This document shows, in pieces, positions 1-11,718 of a stretch of DNA of 37,487 nucleotides. Origin of the DNA: Catajapyx aquilonaris. Taxonomy: Eukaryota. Under the pieces are notes generated by a model. That model saw only the letters and a list, made by a program, of their open reading frames with translations, was not told the origin of the DNA and searched no databases. Position numbers and translations under genes: made by a program. The stretch is taken from contig JYFJ02003796.1 in NCBI GenBank assembly GCA_000934665.2, forward strand, positions 1-37,487. The letters run 5' to 3'. Within the stretch, counting starts at the first letter, position 1. Every line of letters begins with the position of its first letter.

Positions 1-159
1 AGGCATGGGCTAGCCAGTTATGAACAAAAATCCCAAATCCCAGACCAAGGCTAGTTCCCCATTGTTGGGGGATTATGAGAGATAAATGGTGGAAATTGAA
101 AAATTCTAATTCTGCTACTGATTTTGGAAGCATTTTGTGGATTTTTTTCCAAGTTTGGT

Positions 160-538
160 GTTTATTTCCTGTCATAAGTGATAGAAAAGTATTTAGCTGT
201 AAACAAGAAGGTGTATGTTGCCTTTGTAGACCTAGAGAAAGCATATGACACAGTAAGTAGGGAAGGTTTGTGGGAAGTTCTGAGTTTCTATGAAGTGAAG
301 GGTCGCCTGTTGGAGGCTGTAAAGTCATTGTATGAAGAGAGTAGAGCTTGTGTTAGAACTAGTGGGGGTTTCTCTGACTGGTTTAACATTAGTGTTGGGG
401 TTAAAGCAGGGTTGTGTCATGTCTCCCTGGTTATTTAACTTGTACTTAGATGCATGTGTAAGGGAAGCTATGGTTGAAGGTGTAGGAGTGCAGTTTGGTG
501 AGGAGTTAGTTAGTCACTTGCTGTGTGCAGATGTATGA
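160..538 (+). pseudogene. Decayed non-LTR retrotransposon (RTE/BovB-like) reverse transcriptase fragment
   Basis: ORFs 178-438 and 332-538 join across a frameshift near 400 to give RT motifs YVAFVDLEKAYD, GxKQGCVMSPWLFNLYLD and a broken YADD (LLCADV*). Confidence 0.9.
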
Positions 539-1054
539 TACAGGAGGCGGAGTCACCACACACCTGCACAAGACCTTGATGATGCTGTCTGGCAGATTTT
601 CCACATGTAACAGGGATCTTGATGAAGCCGGGCTATCTTAAGCCTATTTTACGAATTCCCTTTTCACAAAGTGACTTCATAACGCCGGAATGCAAGCAAC
701 GCGCATGGTAGACCAATTTATTAAAAGAAGGCGAGCAGTACACAGCTGCGTTTTGCTGCCGAAAGCGCCAGATACAGACTTCAAAATCTCTAGAAGTTCG
801 ACTGCATGCCGACTTGTTGAACCAATCAGAAGTCCCGTCGAGTCACGTGACATCCACACCTCCTCACCTCTCGTCCCCTCCATCTTGCTCCTTTTCCCCC
901 TATGTTTTCCCCAGTCCGCCTGGCCGCTAACATCCCATCCTTTTTCCCCAGCCCCATTTACCTTCGCCTTGTATGTGGTCCAGGACACTGCTCTCACCTG
1001 GTTCACCGCCCTGGAGCTCGCCTCGAGCCTGCCCGACCCCACGTTGGCCTAGCG

Positions 1055-2301
1055 CAGTGGTTCCCAAACTTTTTTTGTNCCCCCCCTCCCCCTGCCCCTC
1101 TCCAACCTGTTAGGCTACCTGAAAATTGTAATTGTGGGCACTGTCTTATCAGTTAGTGCGATGAGTGTGCTTTCTGTCTTTCACCAATGGCATCAATTTA
1201 AGCCCGACGTCTTACTCAACATAGAGTCGATGACAGTACTTTGTTTTCGTGGACGTCAATGGAAAAATACTGTAAGGTTCACATAATTATGCAGTTAGTA
1301 AATTGAATTAAGTACTTCATGTCACTGGTTGCTAGGCCCAGATAGGCTTCCATTTTTTCAGCCCAAAGTTCAAACTTCCATTCACAGAAAATTTAATTTT
1401 GATGAACTTTTCCTGATTCAGCTCTGACATGTTTGGGAGGGGTAAAGATATCTCAAAGTCCTGATGCAAATGATTGGCATGTCCATCTCTGTAAATTAAT
1501 ATTTATAAACTATAGGCCCGTTGATTCTTGTGATCCAATATGTTGACTTGAAAGCTGACCTCAACTGGGCCTCCACTGCCGCTTTGAAATTCTTGAGAGT
1601 GTTGGAAAGCAAGAAAATTTGCTACCTTGTACTCAACATTCCCAAAACTTGAATTTTTGATAATTCCTTCATAATTCCTTTGATAATTCTGTTTTGGACT
1701 TGAAATGCTGTATTGGCGGTCATGTCTTGCTGTTGAAGTTTCATTCGTTGAGACTCGAAATTTTTTAGGCCAGGTAGATGAGCCTGTGCAGCCAGAGTTT
1801 ATTTTCAAATCCTTCACAACGTTGCAAAGCGCAGTGATAGAATTGAACCAAATATTAGGAAAAGGACTTTACTCCACTTTTTGACATTTTCGAGTTAACA
1901 CTACCAATCTACCATGTTGCTTATCGAGTTGCATTGTGTGTGCGGAATGAAAATGTCATCAATCAGAAAATGTCTCAGCATATAATAAATCTTCCCTAAA
2001 GTAATACAGTTGAATCCGGATATAACAGCTTCGGCTGTAACAGACTTTTGGTTATAACAGACTGATTTCCTCGGTCAAGTCTGTTATATCCGGATTCAAC
2101 TGTAATAATAGCAAAAAGAAAGATGGGGATAGAGTATAGGACCATTTTTTTTGTGTTTTTCTCAGAAGTTGGTTCCTTCAGGTTGTATCAGAATATTATG
2201 GTTCCACAAATGTAAAGACTGGACACCATTGCACATTATCTTTCGTGTACCCCCAAAATTGTGTTCGTGGGGGTATGCTTAGCCCAGTCTGAAAACCACT
2301 G
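1055..2301. mobile_element. Non-autonomous hAT (Charlie-like) DNA transposon
   Basis: Left TIR CAGTGGTTCCC at 1055 and right TIR GAAAACCACTG ending at 2301. Perfect 8-bp TSD GCCTAGCG at 1047-1054 and 2302-2309. Confidence 0.88.
2007..2102. mobile_element. 96-bp pogo/Tigger-type mini-MITE nested in the hAT element
   Basis: TA|CAGTTGAATCCGGATATAACAG ... CTGTTATATCCGGATTCAACTG|TA. Confidence 0.85.
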
Positions 2302-2312
2302 GCCTAGCGCAT

Positions 2313-2418
2313 GTACTATATCGCCCAAAAAGATAGAGACGATTTTGCATTTGACTCAAGTGCAACTTGCACTTGAATCAAATGCCAATTGTCTCTATCT
2401 TTTTGAGCGATATAGTAC
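2313..2418. repeat. ~106-bp near-perfect palindrome (foldback MITE)
   Basis: GTACTATATCGCCCAAAAAGATAGAGAC...GTCTCTATCTTTTTGAGCGATATAGTAC, with arms pairing almost to the centre. Confidence 0.8.
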
Positions 2419-2642
2419 CTCTGTGACCCTCCCCTTCTCATACTTGCTCATACCTTCTCATACTTTGCCGCGAGCGGAAACCTTTTCATAAATTGACACA
2501 TGGCAGGAAGCAGATTTTGGCTGCGACGACTTGCAGTTTGGGGTGTGAAGTCCCTTTATAATGCGGAAAGGGAATTCGTAAAACAGGCTTTAGGGCGCTC
2601 ACGTAAATGGGTACACTTTGAACAGGCCCTGCTTCCCACATA

Positions 2643-2892
2643 CTCTGACGGCACAAGTTAAAGCCCTGTATCTTCGAAAATCACATAATTGGAGATAAAT
2701 GCACCATTGCACTCCTCTTCGCAAGCCACGCCTTTTGGTACAAAGCCCCTAACTGTAGGAGAAAACCTTGCAAAGTTATGGCCAGTTGAAATCACACACT
2801 TCCATATATGATAATGGAAACAAAAACCTTTAAACGCAAATATCTCGAAATGACAATAAGCCGAGATACAGGGTTTTGACTTGGGCCGTCAG
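2643..2892. mobile_element. TA-flanked MITE with ~29-bp imperfect TIRs
   Basis: TGACGGCACAAGTTAAAGCCCTGTATCT pairs with AGATACAGGGTTTTGACTTGGGCCGTCA. Confidence 0.7.
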
Positions 2893-3286
2893 TACTGCTG
2901 TGAATGCTTTGCAAATGGAACTGTAGGTTCCCCAGGGCTGATTCTAAAAGTACCTATCCACATTCGGTCCTGGCAGCCTGGGGTGCCGAGTGGTAACAGT
3001 GTTGCCAATAATAATTATCGGACAACCCACGTATTAATGACATGGCCAGAAAGTTATGCCCACGTTTATGCCACTGGGGTAACAGTTATTGTGGAAGATC
3101 ATCATACCCATGTAACTTCAAAGTCATTGGGTAAGGGATGGCCAAAATATGATAAAAACCATCCTTACGTTGCCTAGGGTGAGAATAAAGTGTTAGAATT
3201 TTGTTCTTCCCAAAATCCTGCATCGGTGCAGTACAGGGTTCATGTGAAGCAACAATACACATCTGTCCATAATAATTCTCCTGTAG

Positions 3287-3366
3287 GTACTATATCGTGC
3301 AAAATGATATGATTTTGCATTTAGTTTCCATGCAAAATCATCTCCATTTTTGAGCAACAATAATAC
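3287..3366. repeat. Degenerate second copy of the CTATATCG foldback family
   Basis: Begins GTACTATATCG and contains GATTTTGCAT...ATGCAAAATC and TTTTTGAGC, as in 2313-2418. Confidence 0.55.
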
Positions 3367-3546
3367 ATTATAGTAGGCCTACATACTGAATAGTTTCTTT
3401 TTGTTGTACACTGAATGAGGCTATCATTGACATCCTGAGAGTAGGATGAGGCCTCGGATGAGGCCAAGTGAGATGTAAAGCCTTTTTGTATGTACATTTG
3501 TCTGGGAGGAACATCATATTGTCTTGTTCTCATTAATCCAATGTAG

Positions 3547-4138
3547 GAGTCGGAGCAGGCGCAGCTCTCGAAGCCGAAGCCAGGGACATGGTGGTCACCG
3601 TGACCGTAGGCGCCGTGCTGACCGGGACCTGTCCCATTCCAAGTCACGGTCCAAATCACAGTCTGAATCTCCTGAGCACGCCAAGGCAAGGCCCAAGACG
3701 CCTGAGGACTCTCCGTCCAGGTCAAGGTCAAAGACACCCCATGACCACTCAAAGTCCAGGTCAAGGTCAAAGACACCACATGACCAGTCAAAGTCCAGGT
3801 CAAGGTCAAAGACACCCCATGACCAGTCAAAGTCCAGGTCACATTCACCTAAAGCCGTGATGACCAGCGAATCGAAGCAGCACTCTCCATCACATGAGCC
3901 AGAAACTGATGAGGAAAGTCTTGACGATACAAATTACAAGCTGCACATTTCAACCAGCCAGGAATCAGAGGAGGGTGAAGGGGTGGACGAGAAGATGGAT
4001 GATGAGAAACAAGAACACGGGCAGCACTCCCCATCACTGACACCACCAGGCCAGAATGGGCACGAGAGTCCAGCCTTGAATGACAAGCCAGAGGAGGAGG
4101 AGGAGGCTGACATGGAGGAGGAGGAAAAGGCATGCTGA
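3547..4138 (+). CDS. Terminal coding exon of an Arg/Ser-rich (SR/SR-related) protein with an acidic tail; upstream exons not identified in the window
   Basis: Acceptor ...ccaatgtag| at 3546, then RSRSRRSSRSRS, SRSRSKTPHDQSK repeats and an E/D-rich C-terminus. Stop TGA at 4136-4138, followed by a T-rich UTR and AATAAA. Confidence 0.8.
3715..3841 (+). repeat. In-frame 39-bp coding tandem repeat, ~3.3 copies
   Basis: GTCCAGGTCAAGGTCAAAGACACC(C/A)CATGACCA(C/G)TCAAA at 3715, 3754 and 3793, with a partial copy at 3832. Confidence 0.95.
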
Positions 4139-4546
4139 GCCCTGTTAGTAGTGCAGCTTTTTTTCTTGTTCTTCTCTTGTTCCTTTCTTTTTTGTTCTTG
4201 TGCCATTCTTTTCTATTTTTTTTGTTCCTTGTCATGAAAACTGAGGGAGTATCTTCGGTATCACCTTAAGTTGAGGTTGAAATTTGTTGTCCATGTATCT
4301 TTACTTTTAAAAATATACGGTTAAAGGGTCCACATGACGAACAGGGGTCATGGCCAACTGCTCATTAAACTGGTTTTACTGCAACAGCTCAGAAAAAAAA
4401 AATCCTGTGTGATTTTAGCCCACATGTTCAAAAATAATGAATGTCTTTTTATTTCCTTTGACCTATATGGATGTAAGTCATGCCTTACTTTTTGTTTGTT
4501 TTTTCTTTCCATTTTATTCTGAGAGTACATGAATATTGATTATTTC

Positions 4547-4552
4547 AATAAA
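4547..4552 (+). terminator. Putative polyadenylation signal of the RS-protein gene
   Basis: AATAAA ~410 nt after the stop codon, at the end of a U-rich UTR-like stretch. Confidence 0.55.
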
Positions 4553-5586
4553 GCTGGTTGTCATCAATAGTGTAGCTCTTGATTGGGAACGTAGGGGACG
4601 TGAGGGAGTGGGTAGGGAAATGCACAAAAATTTCATGAGAGCCTAAATTCTGCTTTTATTGGTCCATGCTTAAAGGTGTTATTACACTTTTCAGGGGCCG
4701 AATTCAGAGAGTTGCCCTAAACGCATGGTTCGAGGGCGTTTCACTAACCTTTTGGTTAAGGCTTTTAAGCAACCTCTCATACAAGGACCTCTTATGGAGG
4801 CTGGGTAGCAAAAAGAAAAAGCGAGTTGGCATCGCTGTATTACACATGTTTTGTACCCTCCAGGTATGCCCCCAACCCTGACCACCTCTCCTTCCCCCTT
4901 GACTTTTGCCACCCAACCACGTTATTTATGGGACATGTGATTTAACTCACCCTTTTATCAGGAAAGGAATGCCTTCACTGTTGCTATATGAATGCTTTTA
5001 CACCACGTTAACCTGAATTGACCTGAGGCCCAAGTACCATGTAGACCCGGAAAAATAACCCCTAAAATATCCAAAACAATAGTGACTAACCACTGAGGTC
5101 ATAGATTACACAAGCCACCTCTCCGCAACTTTGACATCTTTAACACGTAGCTAAAATGCCCACCCCCTTACTCCAACCCACAAAGATCCTCGTATCTCCA
5201 AGGTGTATGACAAAAAAAGCCCTGTTATTCATCACTTGTTGTCATTATTGCTCATCGCTCCCATACCGCCAGCCTGTTGCTTTCGAGTTCCCCCTGCACT
5301 TCTCCCGTGGGTCTCAGGCCACACTCCACCAGGACTCAGGAAGCCTATCAGCATTTGCCAGCACTCCTCTTCTCTCTCCCCAAACCAAACCTCACCCAGC
5401 AGGGTCAATTTCAAGTCCCATACACGTGATGCGCATTTTGATGTTATATGCTGGATCAGGGAAACCGAGGGGAAGATGTAGGAAAGCATTATAAACGAGA
5501 AAATTTACCATTGGCCCTTATGGGGCTCATCAAGGGACTGGAAAAAAGGGTGTTAAAAGCAGCGTAGCTTCGAGGATAGCATTATA

Positions 5587-5980
5587 CAGGGTGGTCCAAA
5601 TTCAAGTGTCGTTTTATAACGGATATTAATAGAAGCGCTTTAGGATTATCGTAGCAGCCACGTGTAAAATGGCCCACTTCGGCGCCATCGAAAATATTAG
5701 CTGTGTTTCGTTTGCAGGCTTCCCCCTTGCATTACAGGTCCATGGTCCATCTGGTGCCTTGGACGTCACCCATTTCACCCAGGCGCATCGCAGGTCATGT
5801 GTGCACATCCTTTTTTCCAGGTCAACCCAGCAGCAGGGTAGATTACATGTGTGCTGCTATTGGCAGCTAATATTTTCGATGGCGCCGAAGTGGGACATTT
5901 TACACGTCGCTGCTACGTCATTTCAAAATCACTGCTATTAATCACCGTTATAAAACGACACTTGAAGTTGAACCACCCTG
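5587..5980. mobile_element. Tc1/mariner-type MITE with long (~115 bp) TIRs
   Basis: TA|CAGGGTGGTCCAAATTCAAGTGTCGTTTTATAACGG ... CCGTTATAAAACGACACTTGAAGTTGAACCACCCTG|TA. The inner blocks CCACTTCGGCGCCATCGAAAATATTAGCTG are also inverted. Confidence 0.92.
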
Positions 5981-6377
5981 TATACGTAAACATTATATCG
6001 ATATTATACTGTATAGGTGTGAAAAATCAAAATTCCAACCAGGAATGACATAGCTTTGATGATGCCGAGCTTTTGGTTGCCCCTCATGCAAACCCTGTGA
6101 TGCACCAGCCTTGCACTTGATTCTGGAACGCATTGATGAATAAGGACCTGAGCATAACACGTATCATGCGTTTCTGTCATCCTCAACTACATCATTACAG
6201 GCTGGGTGTTCAACACTTCAACATGTTTCACCCCTACAGTATTTATGCAGCACTTACTCGTATTGGGCCAGCACGAACCCTGTTAGAAGATTGACCTTAC
6301 TGTATATTGGAAAGTATCAATGGTATATAGTGTAAAATGACATCTATCAGGTGATTCAAATGAAAGAAAGCTAGTAA

Positions 6378-7384
6378 GGCCGGTTCACACGTGGCGCGAC
6401 CTTTGGTAATAGAATGAGCGCAGCATTGGTGCATTCACAAGGAGCCACAGCCACACACCACTGACGTCCACTTCAGGTTCAGTCATATGTCCAAGCTAGT
6501 TCATGCTGTGAGGAAGGGGCAGTTTACCACCATGGATTCTGCAATTAGTTGAAGAAAATGTCGAAGACTTTAAGTCAAGGCCCATCCCAGTATTTGGGAT
6601 GAATCAGCTGCTGAAAATATCGAAAAAAGCATTTCATCATCTTGCCTCAGATCTTGGTACAGGTTGAGAATCCTTCACCCGAAATGCTTGGGACCTGCAA
6701 TTTTTCGGATTTCAAAAGATTTGCATAAATTTTTAGTAACTTACGTATATGTGCATGTACACCCGCGAGCATAAAGATAGAGACGGAAAGCTCTCACCTT
6801 CGGCAGGCTGCTCTGCCAATCTCAGCTATTACGGTATCAAAATATACTTACATGAATACACGAACATACGCATGAAGCAGCTAACTCGGTCCAAAAAGAG
6901 TTCATTAATTTGAGTCGGATAAAGAAAGGTCAAAAAAGGGCCTGCCGTCTCCATCTTTATGCTCGTGGGGGTACAGTATGTATGGGAAATGACACTAGTC
7001 ATGTCACAATCACATGGAATTTTGCATTTGTGACGTGTCATGTCAGCACTTTTTTTTAAAACCTTTCGAATTTCGGAATGTCGGATAAAGGATCCTCAAA
7101 TAGGGTATGGCACAGTCCTTTCGACGACCTTTCGAGAAATAAAGGACGAACATGAATTTTCCTGTTTTGCCTCCACTATTATTTTCTTCCGTTTCAATAG
7201 AAGGAGTATCAATAGTGCGTGTTCTTCAATGGAATGCCATACTGCATACGACTGGCCCACCTACTGTGGCGATCTTCTGCCCCACTGCAGTTGCTGACTC
7301 TAGCAGTTGCAGTGCCGGACGTGACCAACTGCAGTGGTCAGTTGCTGTGGCTCGTAACTGAAGTGGCCACGTGTGAACCGGCCC
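6378..7384. mobile_element. PIF/Harbinger-like non-autonomous element
   Basis: TAA|GGCCGGTTCACACGTGGC ... GCCACGTGTGAACCGGCCC|TAA. Possible MADF remnant (KAHPSIWDES) at ~6577-6618. Confidence 0.78.
6660..7103. mobile_element. pogo/Tigger-type MITE nested in the Harbinger element
   Basis: TA|CAGGTTGAGAATCCTTCACCCGAAATGCTTGGGACC ... TTTCGGAATGTCGGATAAAGGATCCTCAA; the right end is degenerate. Confidence 0.7.
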
Positions 7385-7489
7385 TAACAACTGCATGCAT
7401 GTGGATGTGCTGTACTGTCAGCACAATTTTATTTAGTACACTTCAGCATGCTTTTCTTATGGGAGTGTGCCTGCAACAATGTCGCCATA

Positions 7490-8351
7490 GTAGGGGAGAC
7501 TGGGGCACAGTGGTCATTTCCATTTTAAAAATATAAGAAACTGGAATAACATCTTCATTTGGTACCTCGTGAAAAAAGTCACTATTGTGCATCCTTCCAA
7601 CATGACAGCCACCTGTGAGATGCCTGAAATCCTGCTGTATCAGGGGAAATCTATTTGAAGGGTAGTGAAGTTACTTCTAACCCACAGTTTAAATGCCATG
7701 TCAGGCATTGATGCTGGGCATGACCCTGATGTAAAAGTGTTGTTGAATAGTGCCACCCTTTGTGCATAAATGCTGGTTGGAAAGCATAATTTGCAATGGA
7801 AGCTATATGATTCATAACATCATGTCAGTTGCAGCCCTCCGGGGCACAATGGTCCATGGACCAGTGTGTACCTCTTTGTGGACGACCGTGCTCCCTTTTG
7901 CCTCTGTACAGCACTTAATGGCATCATAATGTGTATATGCTAATGGTTTTGACAGACACTAGCATGAAATAAAGTTCATTCGCCAAAGGATGTGGCAGGA
8001 CAAGATCTACTTTCCGAAGAGAGACGCCGTTTCACTTGTGTCCGCAGGTTGCAGTAACAGAAGTACCTTTTTATTATTTCCTATTTATTTAGAGGGTTTA
8101 GATGTATGATGAAAAATAAAATATACTTCTTGTGTTAATTAGGGGTCCCAATCACTTCCGGCAGCTTCTAAAAATTTTTTCAACCAAATGGATGGCACAT
8201 GATTGGCACTGCCTGTAGTGACTGTTAGTGACGTGTATTACCAATGAGTACCTCCACCATGCCGGAAAATATTGGGTGTGTAGGTATAACAGGAGCTCTT
8301 ATAAAAAGTCAAATGTTCAAAAGTGGACCACTGTGCCCCAGTCTCCCCTAC
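7490..8351. mobile_element. MITE with perfect 26-bp TIRs (probably Tc1/mariner/pogo superfamily)
   Basis: GTAGGGGAGACTGGGGCACAGTGGTC ... GACCACTGTGCCCCAGTCTCCCCTAC. Confidence 0.88.
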
Positions 8352-8806
8352 ATAAAAACTGAATGAAAAATCTCCACCAATTGCTGTAGTTTACCTGCAA
8401 GTAAAACAACTGTGGAGCAGGTGTTAGATTTAACTTTTCACCCCACCATAAAGAATGTGACCTTAGCAGTGGCAGGGATGTGTGAGAATAAACTGCTTAT
8501 AAATACTAAAGCAACTAATTTTATAGTAATTATTTCATACTAATTTCGTTATTATTGTATATTTTATCATTTACCAAATTTTTTACTTTTGGGGTTACCC
8601 TATTTTGAGGGAGAAATAAGATCCCCTCCCTGCTGCACCATGGCTTTGCCCAAGTGCCTCAGCCTGGCTGCAAGTCTGGATTGAAGATCAGTCTAATAGT
8701 AGCAGCAGTTAATACTTTTAATTGCCACTAAAAACCACAGGTTGTCCCATAAGTCTGGACCCATAGGAGTTGCTCATATTACAGTGTTATATTGTCTGTT
8801 TAGACA

Positions 8807-9073
8807 ATTACCATGGCAACAGCGACATTCAGCAACATCCATAGTTTCATAATATCACCAATGATTGATTGTTGTCGATTGCAATACCACGGAAACAAGC
8901 CATGCAAAGAAGGGGTTGCAATTTAGTCACAATCAACAACAATCAAGGATTGTTGCAACTGTTGCCATGTTAACCAATTGCCATGTAATCTCGTTTTAAT
9001 TGTATGGATTCATTAAAATACAGTTCAACAAAGCGTACAAAATCCACACTCATACTTTACTTGTCCAAATGTG
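8807..9073 (+). repeat. Direct repeat copy 1 (~270 bp), downstream flank of the Piwi pseudogene
   Basis: Aligns by eye, with scattered mismatches, to 15358-15627 (e.g. GACATTCAGCAACATCCATAGTTTCATAATATCACCAATGATTGATTGTTGTCGATT is identical). Confidence 0.93.
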
Positions 9074-9574
9074 GGTTCGAAGGCGGTAGTTACATGCTGC
9101 AATATTATTGTGCCTAAGTACAGTGAAGGAAAGACAGAGACTAGACAAAGTATTTCATAATTTTATTGCCCTCCAGGCATTGTTTACCAGGTTTTTGCCA
9201 TTTTTCATTTCCCCCTTGTCCTTATGCCTTCCAAAGCTGTACAGAATGTTTTAAAATTTATAGAGGGCATTGCGCCATTAAATTAAGTGCAGTACTTGCA
9301 TGATAAGAGTATTAGCTTTACCTACAAGTGCATGCACGTAGTCATTGAAAAAAATATTCAAATAAGTTTTATTGACAAATTTTTTTGGGTCTCACCTGGA
9401 TTTGGGGAAAAAGTGCTAAAATATTAGGTAGTGTTCAAAGAATTAATGTAAGCAAGTAAGTTACCTTTCAGATGACGATTTATGAAATTCAAAGCGAGCA
9501 GCTTTCTGAAAGACTAATGAGTAAATCGCTGAGACAGAAAAATCATAACGAGCTGACATTTTAGTTTTGAAATA

Positions 9575-10176
9575 GAGTAAAACTTCTATAAGTCGAATCT
9601 CTATGGGACCGGGAAAAAACTTCGAGTTATAGAAGATTCGAGTTAGAGAAGTTTGGAGTTTTTGAAGCACCGAACTCTATAAGGAAGCCTACCTTTATAT
9701 CCAGCGACGAAAGGTGTTCAAAACTTTAAAATAACTGTTACTATCACACTTACAATGTACCTCGTTCTGTTGTAAAAAAATCTCCTTTATGGACATTTGC
9801 CTACTCTTAGATTCAAGGATTCAATTGTCACAATCCAGTCAAACACTTCTTTTGGTATGTCTGGTAGACGGAGATCAGGAAATTGAGCCTTTCTGTACAT
9901 GTGGCCTACTCTCGACCCTTCGGCTGGAAAATGAGAGAATTTTCCGTACTCGCCAACATGAACTTGGACTTAGGGAGATTGAAAATGCATTGATATCCCA
10001 TCGTAAGGCCCTGCCTGCACTTCGAGTAATGGTGAACTTCGAGTTATAGAAATTCGAGTTAGGGAAGTTTATTTCCTATTATATATTTTATACATTGTGA
10101 CCAACCAAGCTCATCATTTTCTTCGACTTATAGAGAACTTCGACTTAGGGAAGTTCAACTTATGGAAGGTTTACTC
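9575..10176. mobile_element. pogo/Tigger-type MITE
   Basis: TA|GAGTAAAACTTCTATAAGTCGAA ... TTCAACTTATGGAAGGTTTACTC|TA, with multiple subterminal TTCGAGTTA/TTCGACTTA repeats. Confidence 0.82.
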
Positions 10177-10184
10177 TACTGTTT

Positions 10185-10190
10185 TTTATT
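10185..10190 (-). terminator. Putative polyadenylation signal of the Piwi-like gene
   Basis: AATAAA on the minus strand ~85 nt after the reconstructed stop at 10274. Confidence 0.55.
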
Positions 10191-11647
10191 CATCACATAC
10201 ATAACGATTGAAACACTTGACACTTTAAACGTCAAAGCGTTTGACCATTGTGCATAGTTTGCACTTCCAATCCTTACAGGAAGTAGAGTTTGTCGCTAAT
10301 TGACTTGTGCGGAAGAGCGTGCATGTGGTTGGCCACCAAGTGGTCAACTTCTCTGCATACTGACACGGAGATGGAACCCTGACCTTTCCGCACCAGTTGA
10401 AGTACATGTGGGTCAGAATGTAGGTCGCAACCTGGACATCATCAGCTGGCACTTTCCTCTTGTTGAACAGGATGGACACATTTGCTGGGGTGACAGTGCC
10501 TTGTAAGGACTCCTGGGAGACGATCAGGAAGTCGCATTTGCCCGGGGCCATTATGCACGAGTCAACGATGGTGCCGCCAGCCGGGTTACCGCCATCGGTT
10601 GAGAAGTTCCGCGAGTTACACTGGCGGTTGACCACCGTGGCCACCAGCTTGTACGGACACAATTCGCCCAAGCAGCTCTGGTAATTGTATAGTTTGTCCA
10701 AGTAGTACTTGACCCATTGGACTTCCCTGAACATGGTGCGGGTGATCTGACCCTCACTCATGCCGTTGCGGTACACGAATATGGTGCTGGGCAATAGCCT
10801 GCTGTTGCAGTCGGCGTAGTGCTTTGCAGTGGCAGCCACCCCTTTTCCGATGTTCCGAGGCATATTATTCTCATCCGCTTCTCGGCTTGTTTGGCTGAAG
10901 TATTGGGTGCAGTTGTTGCTGTAGTTGGCCACGACCGAGCCCACAGTGGTGGCGGGATCTAACGAATTGAACGACACATCGATTCCAACGAACATCTCGT
11001 TTTCTGTAGGGTGCTCGACTGCCCAGGGCTCTCCTCCGAGCTTGCAGTTGATATGAATCGCCATTTTCACAGCGACAGATCCCAGTCCCTTATTGCCCGG
11101 ATTAAGTCGGCATCCGAGGACCATCTGGCTTGCGATGCACAGCTCCGTGTTGCACAGCACCTTCACATCATTGTATAGACATCATCAATCACTCCGTCCA
11201 TTACGACCAGTACGAGCTGGATGGGACCAGGCGACTGGCGGCTCTTCCACACGGCCCATCATGTTGGAAGGCATGGTACAACTTCCGCATGACATGCACA
11301 TGGGCAGCAGCCGATGTGTTTGCCAGGGTCTCCCTGCAAACCAAGAACTTTGTTAAAGAGGATGCTGGAAATCTCTTGTAGCACCAACCTCAGAGAATAC
11401 TGGAGGGGGGTGATTTTCCCACCCTTCATTGATCTAACACTTGCCGAAAAGGTCAAAATCAGACTTTTTCTGGTATATTTGGCAACAAGGAGACAGCAGA
11501 AAAATTTACGGATTTGTTTTTGTCCTGCGTAATTTACCGGTGAGCTAATTTTGCATTTTTGTGGATACTTTCATTATTAAATGCAGTAGTGTGCATTATA
11601 AGCATATGGAAAGCAGAAAACTTGTGTATTCATTGCAAAAGTGGTGA

Positions 11648-11718
11648 TTTGGGTACAACAGACCTCGGTTAAACTTTTTTCTGTGGTCCCTTGAAGTCTG
11701 TTACATCCGGATTCAACT
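11648..11718. mobile_element. End fragment of the 2007-2102 MITE family inside a Piwi intron
   Basis: AAGTCTGTTACATCCGGATTCAACT matches AAGTCTGTTATATCCGGATTCAACT at 2077-2101. Confidence 0.7.

Noticed and set aside
1503..1817. Transposase ORF inside the hAT element
   Set aside because: The translation shows no hAT transposase motif that I can recognise.
3321..4235. Overlapping alternative-frame and antisense ORFs over the RS exon
   Set aside because: Shadow ORFs of low-complexity, repetitive coding sequence.
9380..9433. CACTA-type transposon end (minus strand CACTACC...)
   Set aside because: No partner terminus or TSD found; a 5-bp match alone is insufficient.
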